A stretch of DNA of 62,942 nucleotides, filler included, from Octopus bimaculoides (Eukaryota): NCBI RefSeq assembly GCF_001194135.2. It is 6 parts of 6 records of this genome, joined end to end, with 100 filler letters (N's around TTAATTAATTAA, not from the genome) between each part and the next. Parts side by side here need not be neighbours in the genome. Positions count along the whole stretch, not along the records: positions 48,519 to 55,561 come from NC_068982.1; positions 55,662 to 61,021 come from NC_068999.1; positions 61,122 to 62,942 come from NC_068989.1; 3 more parts are not named here. One strand, written 5' to 3'. The notes under the pieces are model-generated. The model saw only the letters and a program-made list of their open reading frames with translations. It made no database searches and was not told the origin of the DNA. Positions 49,445 to 61,383 of this stretch are shown piece by piece. Position numbers and translations under genes: made by a program. The stretch's first letter is position 1. Every line of letters starts with the position of its first letter.

Positions 49445-50051
49445 GGAGCAGCTGTGGCTGTATGGTGAGAAACTTGCTTCTCAGCTACATGGTTTCGGGT
49501 TCAGTCCTACTGTGTGGTGCCAAGGGCAAGTGTCTTCTATTATAGCCTCGGGCCGATCAAAGCTTTGTGAGTGGATTTGGTACACGGAAAATGAAAGAAC
49601 GTCGTCGTATATAAGTATATGTAAACAACTATGTTTGTGTGTGTGTGTGTGTGTGAGTGTGCACGTGTATGAGTGTGTTCGTTTGTGTCTGTGTTTGTTC
49701 CACCCACACCGTATGACAACCGGTGTCCGTGTGTTTACGTCCTCGTATCGTAGCAGTTTGGCATAAGAGACGGTAAGAATAAGTGCGGAGCTTAAAATCA
49801 AAAGGTCCTTCAGAGGGGTTGATTTGTTCCACTGAAACCCTTCAAGTTGGTGCCCCAATATGGCCGCAGTCAAGTGACTGAAACAAGTAAAATATAACAG
49901 ATAAACGAGTGGCTGCGTGGTAAATACCTTGCCTACCAACCACATGGTTCAGTCCCACTGCGTGAAACCTTAGACAAGTGTCTTCTACTACTCGGGCCAA
50001 CCAAAGCTTTGTGAATAGATTTGGAAGATGGAAACTGAAACGTCGTATACG

Positions 50052-50098
<47 letters not shown>

Positions 50099-50235
50099 AT
50101 ATATATGTGTGTGTGTGTGTTTGTGTATGCGCGCTTGTCCCACCACAAAAACTTGACAACCGATGCTGGTGTGTTTACGTCCCTGTAAATTAACGGTTTG
50201 GCAGAAGACCCCAATATAATAAGTGCTAAGCTTAT
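49445..50235 (+). mobile_element. Two head-to-tail copies of the long tRNA SINE (49445-49895, 49905-50235)
   Basis: Both carry ..ggttcagtccc/ctactg..caagtgtcttcta..aaagctttgtga..(TG)n..tgacaaccg..gtgtttacgtcc. Confidence 0.88.
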
Positions 50236-50879
50236 AACGTTTAAAATGTTATATAAGTATGCAGATTATCTGCATTATCCAGACACCTGAAATGATAGAA
50301 AAAATAAGGTACTGAATATTCTCATATGAACAGTAAAAGCAGTAAAATTCTGAGGAATATGAAGTAATATGTAAATTATACTTTAACAAAATGATCCCCA
50401 ACCAACTTTTCTACTATGGATCAATTGTATACAAGATAGGTTTTCTGCGGAAGGGGCTCAGAAACATAACAGAACTCAATAAATTGAATAACTTATAACA
50501 TGTCATTATTACAAAAATAACGTCATTTCTGTGCGGCCGCGTACCAAATGATCTACACCTCGGTACTGATCCGCGATACGATGTTTGGGAGCTTTATTTT
50601 GAATGACTGTTTTGATGTAACATATAGCAGCAGTGATTAGGATAAAGGCTTCATAGCAAATTGCAGGAACGGTAGGTAATCCGCTTGATTTAGCGGGCTT
50701 TCATAGCTGAAACAGAAGATTACCACTGCCTACACAGTGAGTGCATTCTTTATGCTCTCTCGACGCTTTCTCTGTTGTTATAAAATTCTTCACTTCCCCA
50801 TCACTCCATTCATGAAATATATACTAAGGAAAAGTGTAGTCACCTCTAAAACGTTTGATATATACATATATACATATAT

Positions 50880-50932
<53 letters not shown>

Positions 50933-51030
50933 GTGTGTGTGTGTGTGTACACATACATAAATACGTACATATGCGGGTGTGCACGTATGTGTGTTTGTGT
51001 GTGTGTGTGTGAGTGTGTGTGTGTAGTATA

Positions 51031-51226
51031 CGAGAGTGTACTGAAAAGTTCTTGGCTTTGGGCAACAGGAGGATCAGTTATTTATCATTTTATTAAAGAT
51101 ATTACCCTCTCAGATTCACACACTCATTATAGCAGTCCTTCAGTTTTCCTAAGGCAAGTAAAAAAACTCTGAATTTGGGCCTATAGCCAAGCCGTTCCCT
51201 ATGTCCTTAAAGCCAGGAACTTCCCG
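51031..51226 (-). mobile_element. Short mariner-derived deletion derivative (MITE)
   Basis: TA|cgagagtgtactgaaaagttcttggcttt ... aaagccaggaacttcccg|TA inverted ends; internal KLKDCYNECVNLRG resembles the mariner C-terminus. Confidence 0.6.
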
Positions 51227-54200
51227 TATATGACCTCTCAGAGAGCAACGAAAATTCTTGTTTAGGTTAATAATCATTTGCTTAAATATCATCATTGATT
51301 TTCGTTGTTGGATCTTCCCGTCCACATGTGTTCTTAGAAGACGTGTAAGTGTCAGTAATGCGTAATTTGTTCTTCTTATAAAGAACTGCCATTATTGCTA
51401 CTTTCTATAGAAACCACGGGACACGGTTGTGTTTTGAGTGTATAAACGTGACCAAGGATTTGGTTTCGTTTCTCTTGGGAATGAAGGAAACGAGTGTAGT
51501 ATTTCGAAATATTTTATTTATATCCCAGTAAGCTGATAGTCATCGGAATGTTTTTGTTTTAATATCCTCTGGATTATTTCCCTCTTGCTATTTTCCCTTC
51601 TCATAGATATTTTGAATACTTCTAATTAGTTTTTAATTAGTTATTCGACACTCTTTCAAAAATTACCTCGCTAAGATTAATTACGACATGCTCTGTGAGG
51701 CACAAATATCTATACATATACATCTAAGTGTGGGTGTAACAAATATTCTGCCAAGTAATTTCTTCAAACATCTGCTTACATCCACGTATATTAATTATCT
51801 CTTTATCTATAATTTAGAAATGGATATAGGCATATATGTGACTTATTTCCGTTAAACTGTATACACCGACACACCCAAAAACAGACCTTACAAATTAGCT
51901 TTCAAACTCATGTTTTTGAATATAAGTATTTAAGGGCACACTAGAAATTTTGTGTGGTGCATTTAGTATATTTTTTCATGCTTTTGCTTGTGCGTTAAAT
52001 GTGTTCTCTACCTAGATGCAAGTATTACAAGTTTACAGCTGGCGTGTATATTAGTTTGTTTATCTTACTAAAATGTTCCGTATGAATATCTCTATGCTTT
52101 CTGTATGTGATGTATATGTATCGCGAATGGTACGCAATTACCTAATTTATGCATATGTCCTTTCTTTAAAATGTTCGAGAGTTATACTGTATATTTGTTA
52201 CGAGCGTGGTGTGAGCTCTAAACGCTTTGTTGTGTCTTTGTGTGTTGTATAGGTGTGTCTAATATGCACACGTGACGAAAAATTGCCGACATTATGATTC
52301 ATGCATAAACAGGATTATTTAGCAACTACGCTCACAACTTTACGATATATAATGTATATACATTAAGACATATATGTCTTTCAAGAAAACTCAATCATGT
52401 TATTAACCATGATATTCGTCCAAGCATGACAATATAGCTATACATCTGTTTATTTATACACATTTCCTGTTTCCCTCTCATCAATGCAACACTATCAAGT
52501 TTATTATGTTTCATATATTTAATGCGGTGAGCAGGTTTAATAAAATAGATACTTATTCATGTAGACTAACTCACTCTTTCTATTTAAAAATACTCACCAT
52601 GTTTACAAGCATGTGAATATGCTTCTATGACGGTGTGTGCGAACACGGATTTCATACACACATACAGCTATATTTATAAGTGATTGAGATTACATCCTAG
52701 ATACGGGATGCTCTCAGTGTATGGACTGTAGAAAAGGACTGAAAGATATAGGTTATACATGAAAACATGAATAAAATGTATAGACATAATGATATATAAA
52801 ATATTGCGAAGAGAAATACATACATACTTACATAGATACATGCATACGTACATGTATACACATACACACACAAACACACGCACACACACACACAAACACC
52901 CGCACACACACACACAAACACACGCACACACAAACACACATACGTCTGTGTTACCATCTATGGTTACCGACATTGTAAAAGGCAAAGTCAGCTTGGCAGG
53001 AATTCGATCTTAGAACGTATGCATTTTGTCTGATATGCTGTCTATACACACATATGCGTATGTATAATGTGAGTGTGCGTGTTGGGGGCGTGTTTCACAA
53101 TAAATACACTTATTTTATATTCAGTCTCAATTCATAAAAGATGTTGTTTCTGGGAAAAATGAATAAGTAAATAAATGTACCAAATATACACTGCATTCAA
53201 GCTACATTGAAAATTGTTATAATTAATCTTGCCTTTCCGTGTAGGTGAAGCAATCTGCAACATCGAAAGTAACGCACCTGAGTACATTGAGATACGATTT
53301 CATTCACATAAATAATTGAAGACGGCAAAGTTCATTAAATTTAAATGAAGGGTACAAATATGTTGTGGTGTGGTTCTCGCTCGTCACTTCACCGAATCAG
53401 CAAAAGAGTGCTGCAAAAATAAAAAAAAAAATAAAAAAAATACTAACCATCACCTTGTGGCTACCTGTGTACAAGTTCCAGGGTTTAAAGCTGATGACTT
53501 TCAAACCCGTTCTTTATCTGTACTCGTCAACATTTTCCTCTATCGTCACTGATCTTCTGAACAGAGTGTGCCCTGGTTTGCTGAAAAACCTACACAATGA
53601 ATACTGTTGTGGACATTGTTTATGAAGAACTAGACCCATTCGACCTTCAAATTTGTATTGCTGTCGTGTAGTAAGTGCCACGAGCCCAATAGTTATCAAG
53701 ATGCACGTTTTGTATGGGATTACATTCTCTAAGATGAGGAGTGCGAATAAATCTAAAAACCCTCATCTGCTCTGGGTCCATTGCAATATCTGCGAGTGAC
53801 CTTCATCTGGAGGCTATTCTGTTTCATGCTAATTATCCTACGGTTGCGACTAAGAAAAATTGCGACTTTTCCGAGTCAGAGGTCAGGGAAGAAGAGTGAC
53901 TAAGATGTGGTTTCCCATTCCTCAAACGCAAGACCTTCGAACAATGGCCCCATATTATGAGTACATTCTGGACCAAAATATGTCCTAGATGTAAATAAAT
54001 ATTGTCATATTATATCAAGTTTAAGAAAGAAAATTCGAAACAATCTATTTGAGTTATATACAGAGGAATGAAATGTTTAGCATTAGAAAAGTGTCAAAAT
54101 TTACATGTATTCATACTGTGCATATTTCGTCATCAGCTGTCAAATGGATATCATAATGATTTCAACAGCTGCGTAGTAACATTAATCCGGTGGTGTCAAA

Positions 54201-54484
54201 AGCGTTAAAGACATAGATCTTGGCTAGAAATTAGTAGACGTGAAAAAGGACCAAACAGAAGGGTAATATGTCCAATCCATCAAGCGCTTATTGTTCCAGC
54301 ACAAATAAGGGTATTAATTCTAAAAAGAAAATATCGCATATCTATAGCTATAGAGAAGGACCATTAAAAACTCAAATATATAAAATAGAAATATCATCAA
54401 AATGAACTTTGTTACCCCAAGATCTTTAAAAATGAAAAACCTTAAATTATTAAAATGATGTAGCGAAAAGTATTTATTGAACAT

Positions 54485-54670
54485 CGTCGTGGCACTCCTT
54501 CGGTTACAATGACGAGGGTTCCAGTTGATTCGATCTACGGAACAGCCTGCTCGTGAAATTAACGAGTAGGTGGTTGAGCACTCCACAGACACGTGTACCC
54601 TTAACGTAGTTCTCGGGGAGATTCAGCGTGACACAGTGTGTGACGAGGTACACACTTTGAAATACAGGTA
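54485..54670 (-). mobile_element. 3' portion of another SINE family
   Basis: ggttacaatgacgagggttccagttgattcgatctacggaacagcctgctcgtgaaattaacg..tagttctcggggagattcagcgtgacacag recognised from memory as a common octopus repeat; single copy in this window. Confidence 0.55.
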
Positions 54671-54714
54671 CAACAGTAACAGGAAGAAAGACTGAGAGCA
54701 GATTTCGGTACCAC

Positions 54715-54840
54715 CCTACGACGTGGTTCCGGGTTCTGTCCCACTGAGTGGCACCCTGGGCAAGTGTCTTCTACTATAGCCTCGGGACAACCAAAGCCTT
54801 GTGAGTGGATTTGATAGACCGAAACTGAAAGAAGTCCGTC

Positions 54841-54898
<58 letters not shown>

Positions 54899-55150
54899 TC
54901 GTTTGTGTGTGTGTGTATGTGTGTATATATGTGTTGTGTGTGTGTATGTGTGTGTATGTTTCTGTATCGGTGTTTGTCCCCCTACTATCGTTTGACAACC
55001 GATGTTGGTGTGTTTACGTACCCGTAATCCAGCGGTTTGGCAAAAGAAAGCGATGGAATCAGTACTAGGCTTACGAAGAATAAGTCCTGCGTTAGATTTG
55101 TTCGACTAAAGGCGGTGCTCCACCACGGCCGCAGTCAAATGGCTGAAGAA
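54715..55150 (+). mobile_element. Long tRNA-derived SINE
   Basis: Colinear with 25604-26014, with an expanded internal (TA)n(TG)n. Confidence 0.9.
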
Positions 55151-55519
55151 AAAAAAAGAATACAGATTAATTACAGAGAGCAAAATAGGAATTGCTTAAC
55201 AAAAGCTTCCATGCACAATTAAAACACCCAAGTAAAAATTCAGAAAATCATATCATTTCAACTATCAGTGTTCAATCGTCTTGAAATCACACGATTTGGG
55301 AATAAACCAATGGAGACCAATATCTAATAAATACAAACGAATAGTTCTACCGAGAAACTCTAAAAATAAAATTTGATAAAGCACACAAATTTTAAAGAAC
55401 ATACTAACATATTTTAAAATTGAAAACATAAAGCGAACTTCATTTAAACCAAAGATATAAAATTACTTTAATTATGAAACATTAATTGTGTTTGGCGTCA
55501 CACACACGCACACAAACAG

Positions 55520-55561
<42 letters not shown>

Positions 55562-55661
55562 NNNNNNNNNNNNNNNNNNNNNNNNNNNNNNNNNNNNNNN
55601 NNNNNTTAATTAATTAANNNNNNNNNNNNNNNNNNNNNNNNNNNNNNNNNNNNNNNNNNNN

Positions 55662-55868
55662 AGAATGCGTTAGTTGTGATGCAGTCGCTCAAGGTTGACC
55701 CGGGTTGTTGGAGTTGCCGAAGAGCAGCGCGACACTCGCGGTGCCATTCGCCCTTCCTCGGCCTCTTCTTGATCCATGACTGCAGTTCGGTCATGGAGAC
55801 GAGCTGCGGGAAAGCGCGCCGCACAAACGGTGACCACACCTGTTCACCGCTGTCTACGTAGAGCCGGA
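55662..55868 (-). mobile_element. Probable L1/Tx1-clade LINE post-RT fragment
   Basis: GC-rich, stop-free [53 protein letters not shown], between a gap and (GATA)n. Family assignment from recall; a host exon is not excluded. Confidence 0.5.
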
Positions 55869-55973
55869 GATAGACAGATAGATAGATAGATAGTTAGATA
55901 GATAGATAGATAGATAGATAGACAGATAGATAGATAGATAGATAGATATATAGATAGATAGATAGGTAGATAG

Positions 55974-56033
<60 letters not shown>

Positions 56034-56080
56034 TTAGTTAGATAGTTAGTTAGATAGATAGAAAGATAGATATAGAAAGA
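55868..56080. repeat. (GATA)n microsatellite
   Basis: Directly visible. Confidence 0.99.
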
Positions 56081-56774
56081 GATAGAAAAGGTGAGGGACA
56101 AAGAAGAGGAGGGAGGACCGAATAAGACGGGGAGTTGGGAGTGGAGGAAGATAATTAGAAATATACAGTAATGTATGTGCGTGTGCATGCACAGGTACAT
56201 CTGCCACACATTTCATGCCTTGTAAATACAGTTAAAACGTATCTATAACAAAGAAACGTCAAGATAACAGCGTGATTATAGAAAAGTAGAAGAGCCAAAG
56301 ATATTTTTTTGGTGGTGGGTCTTACCTCGCTGTTTTTCTGAATAAGAATTCTGAATATCAGGCGGTAAAGCTTTCAGTAAAAGTAATATATAAAATTCAT
56401 TTGCTTTTTGAACTTCTTTTTGTTTACGCTAAATAAATAGAAGAAAGAAAAAGAAAGAAATTGAAATAAGAATATACAAGGAAATTAATATAAGTAGTTA
56501 GATGGAAAAACTTTTATTTCAAACTTCATTGGGCAACGCTAAACATTAATATACCAAGTTAATGAGGGAACCTCTGTGTGGTCACTTGATATACAAGAAA
56601 CAGCTGTCAAATCCCCCTTAGATCACAACCCACATTGTGCAGTCTTTGGTTCTCTGCACACGGGGAAAAGTTGAGATGGTCACATTAGGGTTCCTGGTCA
56701 AGAACACACCATGCAACATAAATTGTGGACATAGAACTGATTCTGCCAATTCCAAATTATAAAGAACACATACA

Positions 56775-57170
56775 TCTAATATATAAAATAGAGATGTGTG
56801 TGTGTATTCGCTTATCTAATATATAAAATAAAGATGTGTATGTATTCGCTTATCACGTGAAAACGGCTTCACCGTTTACTTCCATACTTGTGATGCACGA
56901 ATAACTTCAACTCGGACATATAATAGGGTCTTCATTTGATTTTTTCTCATAAAAATAAAAGATATTGCTTTATATTTATGATTCACTTCTTTCAAAAATG
57001 TTTCTCAATGTCAACTTCCGGTACGGATGTGACAAAACGGCGACGTCTCTCACTCTATTTTAATGTTCTCTATTTGTAAACAACTACGATAAATTACTGA
57101 AAGACATATTCAAGAAGTTCATAAATTTAAATATTCCGTACAAGATATTTTTAAACTACGAAATATGTCC
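56775..57170 (+). mobile_element. Non-autonomous Helitron-like 5' end with a duplicated 40-bp head
   Basis: a|TCtaatatataaaata start (Helitron A|TC rule), repeated at 56815; homologous to 59666-59997. No 3' hairpin/CTRR end seen. Confidence 0.6.
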
Positions 57171-57187
57171 TCAAATACTTCACACCC

Positions 57188-57346
57188 TCATCATCATCGT
57201 TTAACGTCCGCCTTCCATGCTAGCATGGGTTGGACGATTTGACTGAGGACTGACAAACCAGAAGGCTGCACCAGGCTCCAATCTGATCTGGCAGAGTTTC
57301 TACAGCTGGATGCCCTTCCTAACACCAACCACTCCGAGAGTGTAGT
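57188..57346 (-). mobile_element. SINE or RTE-related retroposon 3' end with (GAT)n tail
   Basis: catcatcatcgtttaacgtccgccttccatgctagcatgggttggacg, an RTE-type 3' end; related to 57648-57800. Confidence 0.75.
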
Positions 57347-57647
57347 ATATAAAAATCTACATTACATAATCTATACAATGAACATAAAATTTGTGTTTGA
57401 TTTCAAAAAGAGAAAACTTAATTTGAATAACTTACCAATCTCATTCTGTATGAAATGTAACTTTTAAAACCAAATCCTAAAGTGACGACTGGGTATCCTA
57501 TGCTGAAAGAGAGAAAGACGAGAGTGTGTGTCAATGTCCACGCAGGGAACAGTAAACATACATTAGGAATTACTAGAAGATCGTATATAGTAACTGCCAT
57601 GTTAAAATGTTAATTAGCTGCAATCAATTTGTGTGTGTGTGTGTATA

Positions 57648-58100
57648 TCATCATCATCATTTAGCATCTGTTATCCATGCAGGCATGGGTTGGACAGTTT
57701 AACATGGGCTGGTAAGCTTAGGGGCTGCACCAGACCCCTGTCTGATTTGGCATGGTTTTCTAGGGATGGATGCCCTTCCTAACACCAACCACTCCAAGAG
57801 CGTACGGAGTGCTTTTACGTACCACCGGCATGGGCGTCAGTTTGCAGGGCACCAATATCTGCCATGACTATGATTTCACTAGGCTCGAGGGATCTTCTTC
57901 TCGAGCCCAGCATATTGCCAAAGGTCTTGCTAATTTGTCATTGCCTCTGTGACATCATTGGCATTACGAGGAGCATCCAGCCAAAGAAACCATGTCAAAA
58001 CAGGCAGCAGAGTCTGGTCTTCTGACTGGCATGGGTTGCTGTGGAACAGCAACCCATGCCAGCCCAGCATGGACAACATGTTAGATGATGATGATGATGA
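57648..58100. mobile_element. Two oppositely oriented RTE-tail retroposons, tails pointing outward
   Basis: (CAT)n..tccatgcaggcatgggttgg at the left end; aacccatgcc..cagcatggacaacatgtta(GAT)n at the right end. Confidence 0.7.
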
Positions 58101-58664
58101 TAACAATAACTCTAAGTTCTTTCTCTTAGCTAATTTTTGTTTAAATTATGCACACATCCACACACAAACATCCATACACATTTATATACAAGTGACTATA
58201 TCCTGTCATGACCTCCTGTTACATAAATTTTTCATACATAATGGATGGGATTACCAAAGAACATTCCAGCTGTTTTGGATCCCGCGTTTATTACAACACC
58301 AGCACACACAATATACACTTATAAGTATTTCATGACAAACTTTACACGAGACTTTACTGACCATTTTTTCTTTTTCTTTTTTAACATGAATAATGTCATC
58401 ATGACATCACCAGTAGAAAAATTAGCCATCAAGACTGGAGCCCTCTCTGCCTTGTGACAGTTTAAATCTGCTCTGAACATAATGAAATAATAACATATTT
58501 GTCTGTAATCATGGACAGCAGCGCTAACAAATCTCGTTTAGGGTTCAGGACTTTTTTCCAGTCGTATTGCCTTATGTCTCCTCATACAAGCTGAGACATA
58601 ACATAATGAGGTGGACCAAGCAGGTTTATAGTTCAAATCTTAACAACTGGTAATTTTATATCCA

Positions 58665-59040
58665 TTAAGAAGAGGCTGGGCAAAGTTCAGAGAGCTTTTA
58701 TCTTTGTTGATAAGAAAAGGCCTCTCCCCTCTGAGTGAAAGGCAGATTGTATGATGCCTGTGTGCAAGCAGCCATGCTACATGGCAGTGAAACATGGGCT
58801 GTGACTGCATAGGATATGCAAAAGGCTTCAGAGAAATTAAACTAGCATGCTCCGCTGGATGTGCAATGTCAGTGTGCATGGAGACAGAGTGTAAGTGATT
58901 TAAGAGAAGAAACAGATGTCATGTGCAAGAGAGAAGACTGCACTGATCTGGCCATGTGATGCATATGGATGAGGACAAATGCGTAAAGAAGTGATGATCT
59001 TTAGCAGTGGATCGAACCTGTGGAATCATGTGTTTGGGAA
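58665..59040 (+). mobile_element. RTE (BovB-like) LINE C-terminal fragment
   Basis: RRGWAKFRELLSLLIRKGLS/LRVKGRLYDACVQAAMLHGSETWAVTA..SMLRWMCNVSVH..VQERRLH*SGHVMHMDEDKCVKK. Confidence 0.9.
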
Positions 59041-59489
59041 GCAAGCTTCTAACCACACAACCAGTATGTAATGCATGTATGTATATACACATCGACAAAC
59101 AGACAGATAGATATGTTAAGAACATTGGAAGAGAATAGTTACCAGTGTGCTGCAAATGGTCGACAAAGGGCTAAATTGAAAGGTAAACTCTTTAATTCTC
59201 GTAATCTGACAGAAGCCTCTATGTAAACAAATATTAACCATAAGGACACTGTAGGAAGACAAATGCCACGCTCTGCAAAGGAAGAAAAAAAGGAGATATA
59301 TATATATATATATTGGAAAAACCAGGTAAGAAAGATATACGAAATATGAAGGGAAAGAAACATTTAAATCTGAAAAAAAAAAAAAAAAATACCAATAAAA
59401 TTAGAGGACAATGGGAAGACTACTAAAAGTTTTTTTTTCGTAAATTTCTATTTCAGTAATGTATGACACAGAAGATGAGAAATATACTT

Positions 59490-59668
59490 TTACACTTTTA
59501 CTTGTTTCAGTCATTTGACTGTGGCCATGCTGGAGCACCGCCTTTAGTTGAGCAAATCGATCCCAGGACTTATTCTTTGGAAGCCTAGTACTTATTCTAT
59601 CGGTCTCTTTTGCCGAACCGCTAAGTGACGGGGACGTAAACACACCAGCATCGGTTGTCAAGCGATGT
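59490..59668 (-). mobile_element. 3' half of the long tRNA SINE
   Basis: Reverse complement of 25835-26000, highly similar. Confidence 0.9.
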
Positions 59669-59997
59669 TTCAGTAATTTATCGTAGTTGTTTACAGAAAG
59701 CGAACATTAAAAGTAGAGAGTGAGAGACGTCGCCGTTTTTTCAAGTCCGTACCGGAAGTTGACATTGAGACATTTTTGAAAGAAGTGAATCATAAATATA
59801 AAGCAATATCTTTAATTTTTATGAGAAAAAATAAAATGAAGACCCCCATTATATGTCCGAGGTGAAGTTATTCGTGCATCACAAGTATGGAAGTAATTAG
59901 TGAAGCCGTTTTCACGTGATAAGCGAATACACACACATCTCTATTTTATATATTAGATAAGCGAATACACACACACATCTCCATTTTATATATTAGA
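59666..59997 (-). mobile_element. Second Helitron-like 5' end, inverted relative to 56775
   Basis: Reverse complement of 56775-57105, including the duplicated head; abuts a SINE at 59666. Confidence 0.6.
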
Positions 59998-60395
59998 TTA
60001 GAATTAGATATATAAGATATATAATGAAACTGTTAATACTGAAACTATCTCAAGTATATACATCTGCACATGTATGTATATATATATATATAGATGTATA
60101 TGTATATATAAGAATTTGGATGAGATATGACGGCTCGGCCGTCTCTCCCCAGTTCTTATATTAATCATTAAAATTCAGAAATACAACAACACGAGGGATA
60201 ACGGTAACAACAGATCAATAGTTTATTCTAGGTTGGTGTAGAGCCATTTCGTTCCTGGGTGAACAGGCATGCGGCTAGAATACCAAAGAAGCTTCGACCA
60301 CATGTCAGTATCGAGCTGAGAGAATACATGTTGTCACCACCGCTGCTAGAGAGAAAAGAGAGCGAAAGCTATTGCTTTTTCTCCACCTGTTGTAT

Positions 60396-60591
60396 TGCGC
60401 CTGCGTGCTCGGGTACTTCCGCTGACGGCAAATCCCTTGCACATGCGCAATGGCACTTCCCAAGATGGCGGCCACATNNNNNNNNNNNNNNNNNNNNNNN
60501 NNNNNNNNNNNNNNNNNNNNNNNNNNNNNNNNNNNCCCCCCCCGTGTGCATAGCACGAAACAAGGAAAGATTGCGCGGAAACAAGATGGCC
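60396..60591 (+). promoter_or_regulatory. CpG-rich promoter-like motif cluster (NRF1-, ETS-, YY1-like)
   Basis: tgcgcctgcg 60396, acttccg 60415, tgcacatgcgca 60438, caagatggcggc 60461, caagatggcc 60582; interrupted by gap 60478-60535. Confidence 0.45.
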
Positions 60592-61309
60592 ACCGAACCC
60601 AGAAAACACGGCTAAAATTATACAATGAAAAAACAAAAATTGTTTTGTTAAAACAAAGAATGACAAGCTCAATAAATATGCAAAGCAATGCTGCGTCGGA
60701 TGCAATAATGGAAGCAAAACTTTTGCATCCGACACGAAAAAAGTTCAGTTCAACATGAAAAGTTCAGCCAGACCGAGAGATAAAGGGTCTGTGTGAAAGA
60801 AAGTTGCAACGACGGTGTTGGCGTGAGCAAATGTGTATGCAAAGGTTGAAACAATATGTAATGTGTACATATTTTCTTTTAGCACGTTACTGTGCACAGA
60901 AATGGAAGAAAAACAATGTTTGTTTGTACAGAGAAATGAAATGCCGGCGGCATAAAAAATGTCAAACGTATATTGTTTTGGAAAGTTTCTTTGGCCAATG
61001 CACTGTCCGGCCAGATCTAATNNNNNNNNNNNNNNNNNNNNNNNNNNNNNNNNNNNNNNNNNNNNTTAATTAATTAANNNNNNNNNNNNNNNNNNNNNNN
61101 NNNNNNNNNNNNNNNNNNNNNAGCCGTATTCCACTGTAAATAAATATTGTTGTGTTGTTCAGAATCTGCGTTCCGTTGTTTCTTCAAGAAATTTAACGTA
61201 CGGAAGCGGAGTACACCTAATGGTGTATAACCACTTCCCTACAAAGTCTTAGTGGAAACGCGACCTATGTCGCGAATAGGCATGCGAGCATTGTATAAAT
61301 TTTATAGTT

Positions 61310-61383
61310 GAAAAATTAACTATACGAGTATACCGGGCTCGCGAGCGCAATTGCACCCACGGGCGGGAGTTTCCCCACCCCTG
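61310..61383 (-). mobile_element. hAT-type transposon/MITE terminus
   Basis: Minus strand caggggtggggaaactcccgcccgtgggtgcaattgcgctcgcgag fits the CAGGGGTGGGGAAxC hAT TIR pattern. Confidence 0.55.

Noticed and set aside
53365-53950. Possible piggyBac catalytic-core relic on the minus strand (SVTIEENVDEYR*RTGLK)
   Set aside because: Only a loose resemblance to TIDE..FRGR; no ends or second motif found, so it is not listed as a feature.
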